Positions 28,745 through 43,021 of a stretch of DNA of 64,000 nt are shown here, piece after piece. The stretch lies in assembly GCF_009914755.1 (NCBI RefSeq), contig NC_060937.1; one strand, 5' to 3'. A program made the position numbers and the translations under genes. The DNA is from the human T2T-CHM13v2.0 reference genome, Homo sapiens. Below the pieces are notes generated by a model. The model was not told where the DNA came from, made no database searches, and saw nothing but the letters and a program-made list of their open reading frames with translations. Position 1 is the stretch's first letter. Each line of letters opens with the position of its first letter.

Positions 28745-28999
28745 AAGACTTTATATATATATATATATAAAATATATAAGGATAGATAGAAAAAATAGAA
28801 ATAAAATCTGTCAGAAAGGAAAAATTTTATTATAGACACTTTAGTCATTAAAATGATAAAAAATATTATGAATAATTTTATGCTAAAAAGTGACAATTTG
28901 AACTTGACCAATTTCTCAAAATATAACTTTCATTTAAAATGTCACAAAAACAAACAGAGAGTATGATGACTTCTAAATGTACTTTAAAATTTTAAACCA

Positions 29000-29295
29000 A
29001 AAAGCCAGTTGCACAAAAACAGACCCTGTATGACTTGATTTATATGAACGATTTGAAATAGTGAAACTCATGGAAATAGAATGTGGAAGGGTAGTTGCCA
29101 GAGGCCGTGCAGAGCATGGTCGGGGGTTGGTGGGGGAGGAAGGGGAGTTGTTCAGCGGGTACCGGGTTTCAGTTTTGAAAGATGAAAAGTTCTAGGGATC
29201 TTTGCACAGTGCAGGTATAGCTAACACTAGTGAACTCTAGACTTAAAACCGGTTAAGATAGTAAATGTTATGTGATTTTTACCACAATTAAAATT
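29000..29295 (+). mobile_element. L1MB 3' end (inside older L1M ORF2 remnants 28800-29660)
   Basis: GTTTCAGTTTTGAAAGATGAAAAGTTCTAG...GGTTAAGATAGTAAATGTTATG...TTTTACCACAATTAAAA. Confidence 0.8.
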
Positions 29296-29947
29296 CAAAG
29301 AAACAATATTCACACTATACAAATAATAAAAACCCAGACCCAGAGAGGTACAAGAACAAATAAAGAAGGTACACTTTTCAACTGAATTTTTGGGTCAACG
29401 CAACTGTGATTTTCACACCTGAGAAAGATAGTAAAGAAGGAAAATTATAGATCATCCCTGTCAGTATTACGGATGCAAAAATCTAAATTAAATGCTAGCA
29501 AATTAAATTCAGTGCTATAGGAAGGATCAGAATTTATTGCGATTTCATCCAAGAAAGCACATTTGATTGAACGATTAATATCCGTGTAATTCATATCAAC
29601 AGTATAGTCTACGATTATTTAGATAGGTGCAGAGGCAGTTGGTGTAAGTTAAGACCTATTCTATTTCAGCCAACATAGCATACACACCCATCACTATCTC
29701 TCCTACTAAATGCAGCCAAATAATTATGAATGGAATGCATGGAGCAGTTATGTGAGCTTCTTGACTCTGATAATTAAATGGTAGCAGACAGATTCAAAAA
29801 GAAAAGAAAGAAAAAAATAAAAAATACAACTCAAAGTATAACTAAAGTGCCAGGGAGATTCCCACTTTATTTTCCTCCAGTATCTTCTGACCTAGCCTGG
29901 AAGGCAACCCAAAATTGAAAGAGCGTCCTCAGTGTGGACAGAGTTCT

Positions 29948-30083
29948 TTTTTTTTTTTCTTTTTACTTTTAGCATGTTAAAAAACAATCACATCAAAAAA
30001 AGTATACAGGTAAAAAATGTCTTAAATGACATAAGAAACTAGTGCTTGTGTGTATATATATATATTTTTTGCATATATATATC

Positions 30084-30122
<39 letters not shown>

Positions 30123-30206
30123 ACAGTATTTACCACTGTTGATATATATATATTTTGGAGCAGCTCAGATACTGCTATTATAAACTAAATTGTATAGCTT
30201 GGTTTC
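29948..30206 (-). pseudogene. Short retroposed fragment of non-repeat RNA (3'-UTR retrocopy or orphan transduction)
   Basis: Perfect 18-bp TSD CAGTGTGGACAGAGTTCT (29930-29947 and 30207-30224), minus-strand poly(A), L1-endonuclease-type site TT/AGAA. Confidence 0.8.
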
Positions 30207-30359
30207 CAGTGTGGACAGAGTTCTAAGAGAAATCCTGTCTGGTTTGAGAATAGGAGAGGGTGAACCATATGAATCAGGAAAAAAAAAAAATGTGGAAAAT
30301 TCCTTGTCTTTGTTTAGTTTCTGTTTTCTTCTGTACTTTGGGAGGGCAGAGAGCAGTTA

Positions 30360-30880
30360 ATCACCATTTAAAATACTGGCAGGAAATAACTGCCAACCCA
30401 GAACTTTACATCTAGTGAAAATATTCTCTAGAAATAAATTTGAAAGTTATTGTCAAATGAAGGAAAATTGCTAAGCAACTTTCACTAGCAGATCTTCTCT
30501 AAAAGAAATGCTAAAAGAGGTATTTGAGACTGAAGGAAAATGATTCATGAAAGAAACTTAACTTCAGGAATAAAGGAAGACCATGAAAATGGAAAAATAT
30601 AAACTTTTAAGTATATAGTGAAAAGTTAAAAATATATGTTTAAATCTCTAGAGCAGCCACCAGGAATTTCCCCCAAAACAGATATAATTAAAACAAAAAA
30701 CTCAACCAAAAATTAAAATGAAGTTCTAAAATAAAATTAATTCAAATAAAAAGAAGAAATCAACAGAGGCAGAAAAATAAAGACAGAAAAACAGAAAACA
30801 ACAGTATGATACAAATAATTATAAGTGTATCAACAATTACATTGAATGGTCTAAACTCAACACTTAAGATACAGATTGTT
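30360..30880 (+). mobile_element. Old L1M ORF1/inter-ORF remnant
   Basis: CAACCCAGAACTTTACATCTAGTGAAAATATTC...AAAGAAATGCTAAAAGAGG resembles the L1M ORF1 C-terminal region. Confidence 0.6.
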
Positions 30881-30899
30881 GAAACCAATCCTTTTGCTG

Positions 30900-31570
30900 T
30901 CAGGACTTAATTAAACCTTGAACAGTTACCAAGGATTCTAAAGTTCTTTTGTTTAAATGGGCCATATATATTGATATTCACTATACTAGAAATCAAAACT
31001 GAGAAATGTTGAAATACATATATATATTTTTAACACGATAAAGCCATGCATATTAACATAAATGACATATTTTTACAAAAAGATAAATATTTTATGAAAA
31101 ATAATAATATAAACAAAGTTGAAAAGACTGGTACGTTTTGCATTTTGTAAATCTCTTAAAAATCTCACTTAATAGAACACAGCAGATTCTTCTATCTACT
31201 TTCGTATTCAGCTATTGCTATATTTATTTTGCTTGTAATAGATGAAAAAAAATCCATCCTAATACTCATATAAATATATAGTTGGAAATGGGAGGACTAT
31301 TTTAACCAACTTCAGATAATTGTGGATATTCTTTTTCACACCACACCAAAACTTGACAGGTAGTATTTTCTTAAAAGTTGGTTGGATTGTAGAATCTGAA
31401 ACCGTAACTATGACTTTTTCTCACCTTTGTAATACAAAAATCCATTGTGTAATTTGAATGAATTTCTTAACCATATATAATTTGGTAACATCTTGCATCG
31501 GTCATTTGGAAAACATTGGTTCAATGAGTTTTATTCATCTTCCAATTGTTGACACATTGTTATAAAATAT
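30900..31570. mobile_element. hAT-Charlie DNA transposon remnant (Charlie1-like)
   Basis: CACCAAAACTTGACAGGTAGTATTTTCTTAAAAGTTGGTTG...GAATCTGAAACC recalled as Charlie internal sequence. Confidence 0.55.
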
Positions 31571-31874
31571 CAGATAATTTTATCTATGATCATTCCTTTA
31601 GAAGTAACATAGTTCTATTTTCAGTACCTACATACATATATAGGTATGTTTGATACATTGAATTATTTTGATGTATATTTTTTCTCTAAAGTGTTGCTTA
31701 AGTGATTTATTCTTTTACTTGCCAGAATAAAGAGATTTTTTCTAATTGTCTTATTTTTTGTTTATTTTAATTTTATAATCAGATAGCATTGTTTTATTTG
31801 TTCTACTTTTTGACTTAGTTTTCTTCATGATCTAAAATAGGGTCAATATTTATGAATACAGCAAAGATACTTGA

Positions 31875-32240
<366 letters not shown>

Positions 32241-32389
32241 AAATTGGTCCTATTTTTTCTTCTGCTACATACTACATTATTATGTTGTTATTGTCATGAG
32301 TCTAGAGAGGTGAATTAAAGTCTTTATGCACAATTTTGTCTTTTTTCCCCAACATGCATTAATTACTTTACATTTTCAGCTATTCTGGC

Positions 32390-32628
32390 TGTCAGGCCTT
32401 CTGACTTGAACTAAGTATCATTGAACTACACCACTGGCTTACCTGGGTCCCTATCGTGCAGACAACAGATGATGGGACTTCTCAGCCTCCATAATCACAT
32501 TAGCTAATTTTCTTAATAAATCTCTCTCACAATACACACACACACACACACACATACATTTATATATATATATATATAATATATGAAATATACATAATAT
32601 CCTATTGGTTCTGTTACTCTGAAGAGCA
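32390..32628 (+). mobile_element. MLT2 (ERVL) LTR 3' part
   Basis: GGGACTTCTCAGCCTCCATAATCACA...AATAAATCTCTCT, (CA)n/(TA)n, ATCCTATTGGTTCTGTTACTCTG. Confidence 0.85.
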
Positions 32629-32629
32629 T

Positions 32630-33930
32630 TCACACAGTTATATACAGAAGGTTTTACCAAATAAGTTTATATGCTAAGGATAACAAAAGCCAGATTGCTC
32701 ATTCTTGGAGAGGGGACTTACAAACATGGAAAGGTAAAAACTCGAATGACCTCTGTGGTGTTGGATCGGAGTGGTGTTAGTGTGGACTCATGCCTCACAT
32801 TGCTCTCTCTCTATGTGTGTGTGTGTGAATGTATGTGTCTATGCAAATAGATGTATGCATGTATACGTATTTTCTAGCTTCATGCACTGAAAGAGGCTTC
32901 AGCATGAATAAGCACATCTAGCTCTTGGAATTTGGGTTCTAAATAACATCCTCCAGTAAAAGAAACCAGGGCTCCTTTTTCACAGCTGAGACAGGAAAAG
33001 AATTATATGTTTCAGGAATATATTGTGTTGTTACAAAACAAGACATGCTTAATGATGATAAAGACGGGTAAGATGAACAATCTCTCTTGAAGACATCTCT
33101 TACTGGGCAAATTTTGTAGAATTTCAGTGTCAAAATTAGTTATTCTAAAAGCATATTATAATCCATTAAATGAAACATAAAACCTGGGTCCATTGAGATC
33201 AAAATAAATAAATCAAACAATTGAAAATTTCATAAGGGATGGGATATTTACAGAATGTTAAAATAGCTCCCCCCAAATTCTTACTATTTGCAAAGAGAAA
33301 AAGTGTAATTTTTCAATAGAGAAGCCGGATAAACATTCTATTATGTGATCAAAGTAAGCATTATCAATGAAGGGAAACTTGAAATCATGTTCTACCTAAT
33401 AGAATGCAATGGGAAAAAAACATCATTACTTCCTGACAGAGATGCTTAGCTTGGATCTAAATATGAGGCAACACCAACCAAACCAAAACCCAACCAGAGG
33501 AATGCTCTACACAATAACTGGCTTGTAATCTTTAAAATGTCAAGATTATGAATGATATGTAAGAACTCTGGGATTTTCCAAGAATGAAAAACTTGAGAGA
33601 GATTAAAATTAAATACCATGATTCTTAACGGAATTATTTTGTGAAAAGGACATTATTAGGACATTTGGTGAAATGTGAATGAGGTCTGAGGTTTAGATGG
33701 CAATAATTCATCAATGTTAATTTACTGGATTTGTTAGTGGCACTGTGGTCATGCAGGAAAAGATTTTTGTTGGTACAGATTAACATTAAATATTTTCAGG
33801 GTGATGGGGAATTGGAAAAAGGACAAGTTAATTGTCCTCAGAAGATCCCACAAAAATGAAAGTTCTTTATCCCATATTTGCAGACTTTTAATATATTTGA
33901 GGTTAATTCAAAGTAGAACAAAATATTTTT
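32630..33930 (+). mobile_element. L1MC3-like 3' UTR
   Basis: TCTAAATAACATCCTCCAGTAAAAGAAACCAGGGCTCCTT and AAAGGACATTATTAGGACATTTGGTGAAATGTGAATG. Confidence 0.75.
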
Positions 33931-35048
33931 TAAAATAAAATAAGCTGTTTAAAATAGGCATTATTTTAATTATTTTGATGTTATTTAAATTTTTCCTACT
34001 TTGGTCTTTTAAAAATAGCTTTAAAATATTTAATTTGGTAGCATGAACTTCTACATTGAATAAGAAATCTGTGAAAACAAATGAAATACAAAAAAAAATG
34101 GATAATATACCTCAAACCAATCAAGACAGTTGTAACTATTGGGATAATAGAATGACATAAATTTGAATTAGTGAAACAGAATGAAAAGAATGACAGAGTT
34201 TATTGTTAATGAAAGCCCATTCCTACAAAATTGCAAGACATACAATACTGTATCTTAATTAAAAAAGAAAAAAATTTGCAGAGGGGTGCTTAGTTTTGTT
34301 TTTGCCTAGCTGTAACATTTTTTATTTTTAAAAAAGTAAAATTTACTCCAGAACACTAAAGTTTGTATTATTTTCAGAGAATCAAAGTCTCATGAAATTG
34401 CTCCAACAATACGCACAGTATGATAGCATAATGTTGGATCAATTCTAGTCGAAGGGTAATGTGTGGTATATGAATATTCAATTACATAAATAACTGTTAT
34501 GTAAAATAACAATTTATATAAGAAACCTTAGAAACGTTACATGAATGTTTTGGGCTTTTAAAAAAATGAATATATGCATTGGAGCCCTTCGATATTTATA
34601 TCTAAAGGACTGAAGAACATGTTAGTCAGCATGCTTTGTTTTTAAGGTTCTAAGTTTAAAGTGGGTGTGTGCAAAGAAAATGGAGATTTGGTAGGAAGAG
34701 CCTAGATTGGTAAAAGATCTATTTCTTTTCCATCGTTGCTCTACAAATAAGAAGACACATAGGCCCTCATATTAGGCTATCACAGCGCTGAGATATTTGC
34801 CAAGTATTTTCTCTTTCACTTTAAGTTTTGTCATCTCTAGAATGGGGCTTGTAATAGTAACTACTTTGCAGGTCTTTGTTCAGGGACTGGGATGTGTAAT
34901 GACTCAATACTTCTCAGATAATTTTCTACTGATCCCAAACCTTCATCCTAGGGAAACTTTCTATTCTAGTTATTTTCAAAATATCAGTAATTTTGAAAAT
35001 GAAGTGTTCTTTCGATATTTACCATACTATAATCCATTGCCTCATGGA

Positions 35049-35344
35049 TTTTTTTTTTTCTTTAGAAGGAGTCTTGCCCAGGTGGAGTTCAGTGGCGCGA
35101 TCTTGGCTCACTGCAAGCTCTGCCTCCCGGGTTTACGCCATTCTCCTGCCTCAGCCTCCCGAGTAGCTAGGACTACAGGCACCTGCCACCAGGCCCAGCT
35201 AATTTTAATTTTTTTTTTGTATTTTTAGTGGAGACAGGGTTTAACCGTGTTAGCCAGGATGGTCTCGATCTGCTGACCTCGGGATCTGCCCCACTCGGCC
35301 TCCCAAAGTGCTGGGATTACAGGCGTGAGCCACCGCACACGGCC
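35049..35344 (-). mobile_element. AluY
   Basis: CTGCAAGCTC, ACGCCATTCTCC, CCGTGTTAGCCAGGATGG. Confidence 0.92.
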
Positions 35345-38300
35345 AGATATTTTCTTGTTAAAATATATATTTTAAAGTACCAGAGGAATTTCTTAACTGT
35401 CATTTTGCAATTGCAACTTTAGTCCTTTCTGAAGACCATATTTGGGCTTCTGTTGGTCTCTGTAAATAGACTGCATAGACCAGTGGAGCATGAGAAAGTA
35501 ATGAACAATTTCCAGCAATTTCATAATTTAATGGTAGCTATAACAAAGGATGGATCATTAACCTTTGTCTTCCTAAGAAACCAGGAAATTATGAATTTAT
35601 ATACTACAAATATAGTATATATATGTGTGTGTGTTTGTATATATAGTTTATATTTATAGAAAGATACATGTGCATGTGTGTTTGTGTGTGTGTGTGTGTG
35701 TGTAATACATACACAGACATATTTTTTGGTTCTGTAGATATAAATACTGACGTGATGAAGTAAAAAAGTAAGACAATTTGTTTCTGAGTTTTTTTTTTTC
35801 CTTTGGAGAAATCTCCCTTTGCTTACTTGCTTCACCAGCTAAGCTCATGTTGAAACTTTTATTTCTAGTTTATTTTTGTCTCAGTTTTTGTTTAGCTTCT
35901 CTTCCACTATGATTTTATAATGTAACTCTCTAAGGTGTTTTGATGTAGAATTCACATAAAATGAACTATGACAAATAATTCTATATCTGTGACTATGTTA
36001 TATAAGTGAATTTTGAGTTCAAATTAAGATGTGACAGGAAAAGGCACGCTTTATATGATAGCAAATAGCTTGGGAAAAATAATACTTTGGCTTTATGCAG
36101 GTATTTATGGCCTTTTCCTACCAGACGCTGTCCTTCAGTGTACTCAAGGAAAATCAGTGAGACAAATAGTTGGCTTCTCTGAGCTTGTGACTGCAGCAGT
36201 ATGGAAATTCTGATGAGAACTGCACAGACTATACCAAAAATAGGTAGTTGTATGCACCACATGTTTTTTGGAAGCAAAGCCACCTATTTATGTATAATTC
36301 AGTAGAATGGGGCTGATATGCATCCACTAGTATCTCATACAGTTGTTCACCATTATACTTTGGGCACTGAATTCACTTGGACTTTCTCAACAGAGAATTG
36401 CAGTCTACTGGGAAAACTCTCTCCCAATAAATTCTGGGACATTTTTTCTCTTATACTTCATGTCTCTTCTAGTATCAGGTGAAATCCACATAACATTGAA
36501 TCTCGTACATGAAACTAGGTTATAAAGTCAGCATGTGAAGTGGAAATATATATTATCAAGAACAAATCCAGAGACTGAGGCACTTGCTCTGTGAGGGGCA
36601 CACAGAAATGAAGACTGCTTGAGAGGACAGCAAATCAAATTGTTCCTCTCACCATCTCCTGCTTCTCTGCAGGGATGGTGTATCTACTGTTTACATGACA
36701 CTAGATAACTGATAAAGGACCATCATGAAGAGCATCTTATTTAACTTGAATGTGAGCTTTATGCAGAATTATTTCTACTTTAAAAATTAGAAACATAACA
36801 AAAACAAAACAAAACAAAAACAAACAAACAAAAAAAACAGATAAAAACAATACTTTGACTAACTGACTTTCCTAAAGTTCCTCCCTTAGGACTCACATCC
36901 CATGTTAGCTGAATTTTGGTCTAACTTTTCACTGAGACATAGCAGTGTGTGTTTTCAACGTTGTTTGTTTTTCCTGCTAGACATGACTACCTGAACACAC
37001 ACTGACAGTGAGTCTCTTGTTCCATGTTCATATTGGTGTGTTTCTTCCGGATGTCAGTATCCTTCATGGATTTCAGTTCTTACCTATTCTAGAAAGTTGA
37101 GCAGTCCATTCCTCAATGTTGCTGGTTCCTATCTTAGATGGACAGCAAATGCTTCAGGATTATAAGTCACTGTGTCCTGCTTCTGTGGCTATAAAATTGA
37201 AAAAGTTACGCGGCTTACCCATTCATTCTCAGCTTGTTTGTTGCATTGGTTTAAATGTCTACAGGCGAGAATCAATATGAGAATAAACAATACCTCTAAT
37301 CCATTTTGCAATCACTCTATCATTTTAGGCTTAAAATACAGCATAATTTTTTTTTCTCATTTATTTTCCTCCTTAATAAAATCTTGATGGCTCAAGCAAT
37401 GTGTTATATAACCTTGGAAACAGATTTTTTTTAAAAAAGCTATCCTCAGTCTAACTTCTATCTACAGGCAAAATCATCACTAACTCTTCCTACAGTTTTT
37501 TACTATTCTTCTTTTTTTTCCAATAAAATAAACTTTAGAAGTTCTTTTAATGTATGCTTCTATTTCAGATGTTCTGATTAGTTACAATGGCATTTGCCAA
37601 CATAATTTGCCAAATTGAAAAACAGATACCTGATCACAAGTGAGATATTTGGTAATCTAAATGTTGAGAATGGGAAAACTTTGTTATTGCAAATATTTCA
37701 AATATACATCGGATAAGGTAAAGGTAATTGTAAACAACTTACATAATACTAACATTTCTCAGGAGAAATGTGTGCATACACTTTTATCAGGTATGAGGTG
37801 TAGAGCAAAGCATTGATTTATGGATTTAAAAAGTTTGTATATTTCATGAATTCTACTTTTTATCAAATTACAAGTGATGGAGTGATGGATTAAAAACTGT
37901 TTTTATTTATTGGCAGTACAGGTGTTTATGCAACCTAAGTGTTATTTTGTTTTATTATGTGAGTGTAATACACGAAAATATGGGATAGGTTTTCAAGATA
38001 ATTAGTATTATTGATTATTTCAAAATATGTAATATGATTAACAATATCTATAGTATATAAGCCCTTCCTCACAAACGTAAAGAATAAGTATATAATTTTA
38101 TTTGACATTAAAAAAAGAATTTTATTGGTTTATCTCTGCTGAAATTCTTGGAATTCTTGTAAATAAAATGTGCATTTTGCCAATTTTTTAAATCTCAATT
38201 TTTGCTTTTTTATTGATTATTGATTTTAGAAAACAACATAGGGTTGTTTGTGTCATAGTTGTTGTTGGGAATTATTAATTGGATTTAATTAATCTTTGCC

Positions 38301-38699
38301 TGCTCTATTCAGATATAATAAATTCTGGAGAATTTAAGTTAACACTAATTTTAAAATCTTTATTTACCAATAACATCTTGCTATGACATGACTAAAGAGA
38401 AAATTTGTTGGAGACACAGAATCTCCACTACAGCCAATTATTGCCTCTAAGATTTTAAGTGTGAGGTGTGTGTATGCATGCAAATGAGCTCATGTGAGTG
38501 TACATGTTTAGGGGAAGGAGCAAGACAGGAAGAGATACATTTTATGAAAACAAATCTATAGGTTTAGTGGGTATATGGTTCAGCGAGTTTCTATTTTTAC
38601 TGTAAATTGTGGAAAGGAACCTCTAATATCAATAAAGCCTCAAACATGTTTGCTGATTCTAGGACATATTGTCAATCACGCACTCACAGGAGAATTTTC

Positions 38700-39280
38700 C
38701 ATCTACCTGAAATAATTTAAATTTATCTTATATTTCTCTTTGATGAGAATCATACAAAATGGAATTGATCTGAATTCTTGTGTTTGCAGAGCACAACATA
38801 TAGCAGAACTATTAAAAAAAATCAAGTACATTTGTAATAGTTGAAATACAAAAGAAGTTGGCCAAGATATCCCCAAATATGCTAAAAAGTCCTCTAATTG
38901 TGATGCTGAAAGAAACTTTTCTAAACTATCAAAAATGAAATGCAAATTGTAGTTAGTAGGGCTAAAAAAATTACTAAATTACCTTTTTCTTATCTCTACA
39001 AAAAACATTACAAATAATATTTTGTCGTATGAAGTGTGATCAAAGTATATGTAACTAAAAACTAAGGAATCATTTATAGTTTATCAGGCAGTCAATTAAT
39101 AAAAACATGCTATTTTTCTAGATTTTGTAATTTGAAGTAGTTTCCATCATTAATTATTTATTGTGCGTTTTCTCTTTCTGATCATGCTTACCCATTTTTA
39201 TTAATGAATTTGTGTCAACTTTCTTAAAAAGAACCCCAAAATGCATAAACGGCAAACATCGTATTTCTGATCTGCACCTG
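38700..39280 (+). mobile_element. hAT-Tip100 (Zaphod-like) transposon 3' remnant
   Basis: 38893 onward translates SNCDAERNFSKLSKMKCKL*, the hAT C-terminal dimerization motif; TIR-like end GATCTGCACCTG at 39280. Confidence 0.7.
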
Positions 39281-39685
39281 TATATGTTCTTTGATATTAT
39301 CTCTTTCTCTGTTTCTCTTTTATTTTTTATTTTTGGAAGCAGGGAAGAGGTTATTTTGATGATTTCTTTTCCAAAAATAGAATTGTGAAATTATAAGATT
39401 CATGTAACTCTAAAAAATTTCAGCTTATTACAGTGAATCTTTTTAAAAAATAAAAAAAAAAATTAAACAAGCATTGACATCATTAAAGATCATTAAACAA
39501 AAAACCCAATAATACAAAGTCACATTGGCATGCCCAAAAAAGAATAAAATACAGTTTTTGGAAACACGATAACAAAGTAACTGAAATAAACTAATTTAAA
39601 ACAATAATTGATTAAATATCACAAAAGATAAGTTAAACGTTATTTCAAATTAAGGTTTTATGAAAAGAAGCAATGTCAGTAATAG

Positions 39686-39999
<314 letters not shown>

Positions 40000-42199
40000 T
40001 AGGTAATAAATTTCAAGTAAAATTCAATTCATCAAAAAATTGCAAATACATTTTAAAGTACATCTTATCATGTAAGGATAAAAACATAATCCTAGAAAAG
40101 ATACCAACATTTTTACAGTAAGGCATATCCATGTGTGTATAATAGCATACACTATCTTTCGTAAAACCTCACATTAAATTTAATATAACCAAATTCTCAT
40201 GCATTTTGAATTTTTTATTATAAGGTAAATAATATTCTTGACTTCTCTAATATAAATTCATTAAATTACTCTGACTACTCAATTAAAACATAATAAATGT
40301 TAAAATTTTTATTTTCACAGTGTGTTTGCTTAAAATTCTAAAAACTTAAAATTATTGTCATTTAAAGGATTTTTCAATACATGCTACTATAGGACATGTT
40401 CTAAGTTCTTTCATTCATTTTAGTAGACACCAGGTGATTTGGTTGCATAATCTGTGAAAAACAAAAATATGTTAAAATGAGATTATTTAGAAAAAATAAC
40501 TCAAATGATTTAATTAAAGATAAGAGCATGAAAACAATTTTAGTTAAAAGAATCTCCTTTTTATCCAGATCTTTATTCCATATTTAAAAACCCCCAACTT
40601 AATTCAACCAGGAAAGGAGCACTGGAAAAATGGACCTTTGAAAGTAACCTAGCAAATTTCCAGATAATTCCTATCACATGAGAGATAGAAGATGAGCTCT
40701 TTCCAGTAACTATGCTTTGTACATAATTCAGCTGCATTTTGGAAGAGTGTTGTTGGAATTGGACATGCACATTTAAAAATAAAACTTGTGGAGTTCTCTT
40801 CCGTTGAAACAGTCTGAACTGTCAGTTTAGCTAACCTTTGTTTGCCTGTCACTGAGTTCTCGTGATTAAATGTGAAGATTATAATCATTAACCATGCCAG
40901 GGGTTCAATGTGGGTGGAATTGGATGTGTGGATGACATTCTGTTTATCCAATGAAGTCAAAATCAAACTTCATCTTTTCTAGCTCAGCACCCAGAGGTCT
41001 CTAGGTTAGCTACCAAGGGCCAGCAGCTCTTTATTTCCTGACTGTATATGAAATACTGCATTCATTCTGGCTGGGGAATATTTCCCTACACACTGTAATC
41101 TCTGCTTTCCTGGGACACTGTGTATTTGACATTATAGGAGAACCTTAAATTAGTAATGTTTTATCTATTTTAAAATATTAAAAGATTTTAATCATTAAAC
41201 AATTTTAACAAATATGCCTTTTTAATTTTATATCTCATGTTAAGCTTATTGTTATGAATGACAGAAACAAGAATGTTAAATATTGCAGAAATTACTTAGC
41301 CACAAGTGATAGTAGCACATATATAGTTTTAACAGGCTAAGTAATAAAGTGATTTTTCCAAGAGTATGCTAGTTTTTAATACTTTTCTCTAGACAGGTAT
41401 TATTATTAAGAGCTGTGAATGTGATTATATTTGAAAGGAATTTTACTTAATAATTAAAATGCTTAGTAATTTGAATTCAAATAAAATAGTTTTGAAGTTT
41501 AAAAATTAAACTCTTGTGGAGAGCAAAAGCAGCCTACATCTTTGGCTTAGATTTAACAATTGAAAGAGTAATGAAGTGAAGGAATATAATGTTGTGATAT
41601 CTATATTTTTTTACTAGATACAACTTATATTGTTTTCTTGCTTTATAAAAAAATTGAGAGCAGATTATAATTGATATTTCTAAATCCCTATAATAAAGGC
41701 TTACTATAAATATGTGAATTTGCTAGTCAGCTTCCTTCAAAAGTTGTGGCTTTTGCAGTTGATCCAGTTAAACCCCATTGAATAACTGACTACCTAAGCT
41801 TATAATACCCAGGGAGCATAATTGCTAAGTCTGTCATATTTTAAAGGGAATAAGTAAAGGTTCCCAATAAGCTACATTTAATTTAAAATTATTTTCCTAA
41901 ATTCCTTTAGGCTTAGTAATTAATACAGTAAATAAAATTAGAAATATCCAAAAATTAAACACTCATAACTTTCCTTCTGATGGATAATCAGTGAAAAGAA
42001 ACACTAGCATTAAATCATAATTTGTCAACCTCAAGTGACATAGTAAACATGCTGAGAAATAGCAACTTTTATGTGAAAAGTAATCAAATGTTTTGATTAT
42101 ATGATTCCAAAGAGTTTTGGGTTTATAAATTTCACTAAAAAAATTTTACAACACATGTACTGATCGTTAATAAAATTCAAATAAGATATATGTTTTTAA

Positions 42200-42430
42200 T
42201 ATATGGAATGATGAATTAAGGGAGATAACAGCGTGTTGCCTTGAATTAAAATACGCTTACTCTGTGTTCAGATAATCATCGAAGGGAAAGTGCTTGAAAA
42301 AATAATGATAATATTTGAGATAAGGTAAATTACGGCTGTCACACACTAATTAAAACCCATAGATCAATTACAAGATGAGTCAACTTGAACACTGCATTTA
42401 GTGGGCTTATCTGCCAATGCTTCACTAGCT
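42200..42430. promoter_or_regulatory. Candidate GATA/AP-1 enhancer
   Basis: Five WGATAA sites, TGAGTCA and TAATTA within ~190 bp of unique sequence; motif evidence only. Confidence 0.35.
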
Positions 42431-43021
42431 GTCCTGCTGTTAAATCTTCTCTGACCTTCTTTCTTGTATTCATGTAAGCGCTAAATGATTTTTCCAGTAG
42501 AGCTTGCAGTGGGACTGCCTTCTTCCCTCCAGGTCTTCCACACTCTGTCGGGAAGGTGGTGAAGAGACAGGACTGCAGCCCTCATAAAGGCTCTGCAGGT
42601 GCTCCTCAATACTGGCCTTTAGGGTGAACTTGACAGAGGTGTAAGCGTCGAGAAAGAAACTGTGAGAAGTTCCAATAATCAAGACAGATGCTCTTTTATG
42701 AAGTGAAATTTCGACCCTAAGACACCATCTCCTGGGGTCACAATCATTCCAACATATTCTTGATGGAAAAGGCTAACATGTCTTCCTCAACCACCATCTG
42801 AATGCACTTGGCACATCATAAAAGAGATGAGTAGGAAACACAGGAACATACAAGCAAGAGACAGGGTCAAGTGGGAGATCCTCAAGAAATACTCCTGAGC
42901 CCACTGTTTGAAATGGTCACACATGGTTTTAGAGTTAGAAATGAAATAGTAAGAACACTAGCAATTACAGTGATCATGACAGCAATATACAAACATGATT
43001 TTTTTTTTCATTGAGTAATTA

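Noticed and set aside
42470-42682. GC-richer exon-like segment with acceptor TTCTTCCCTCCAG and a 70-aa minus-strand ORF
   Set aside because: All three + frames stop, the donor is weak and the peptide is not recognisable; not supportable as CDS
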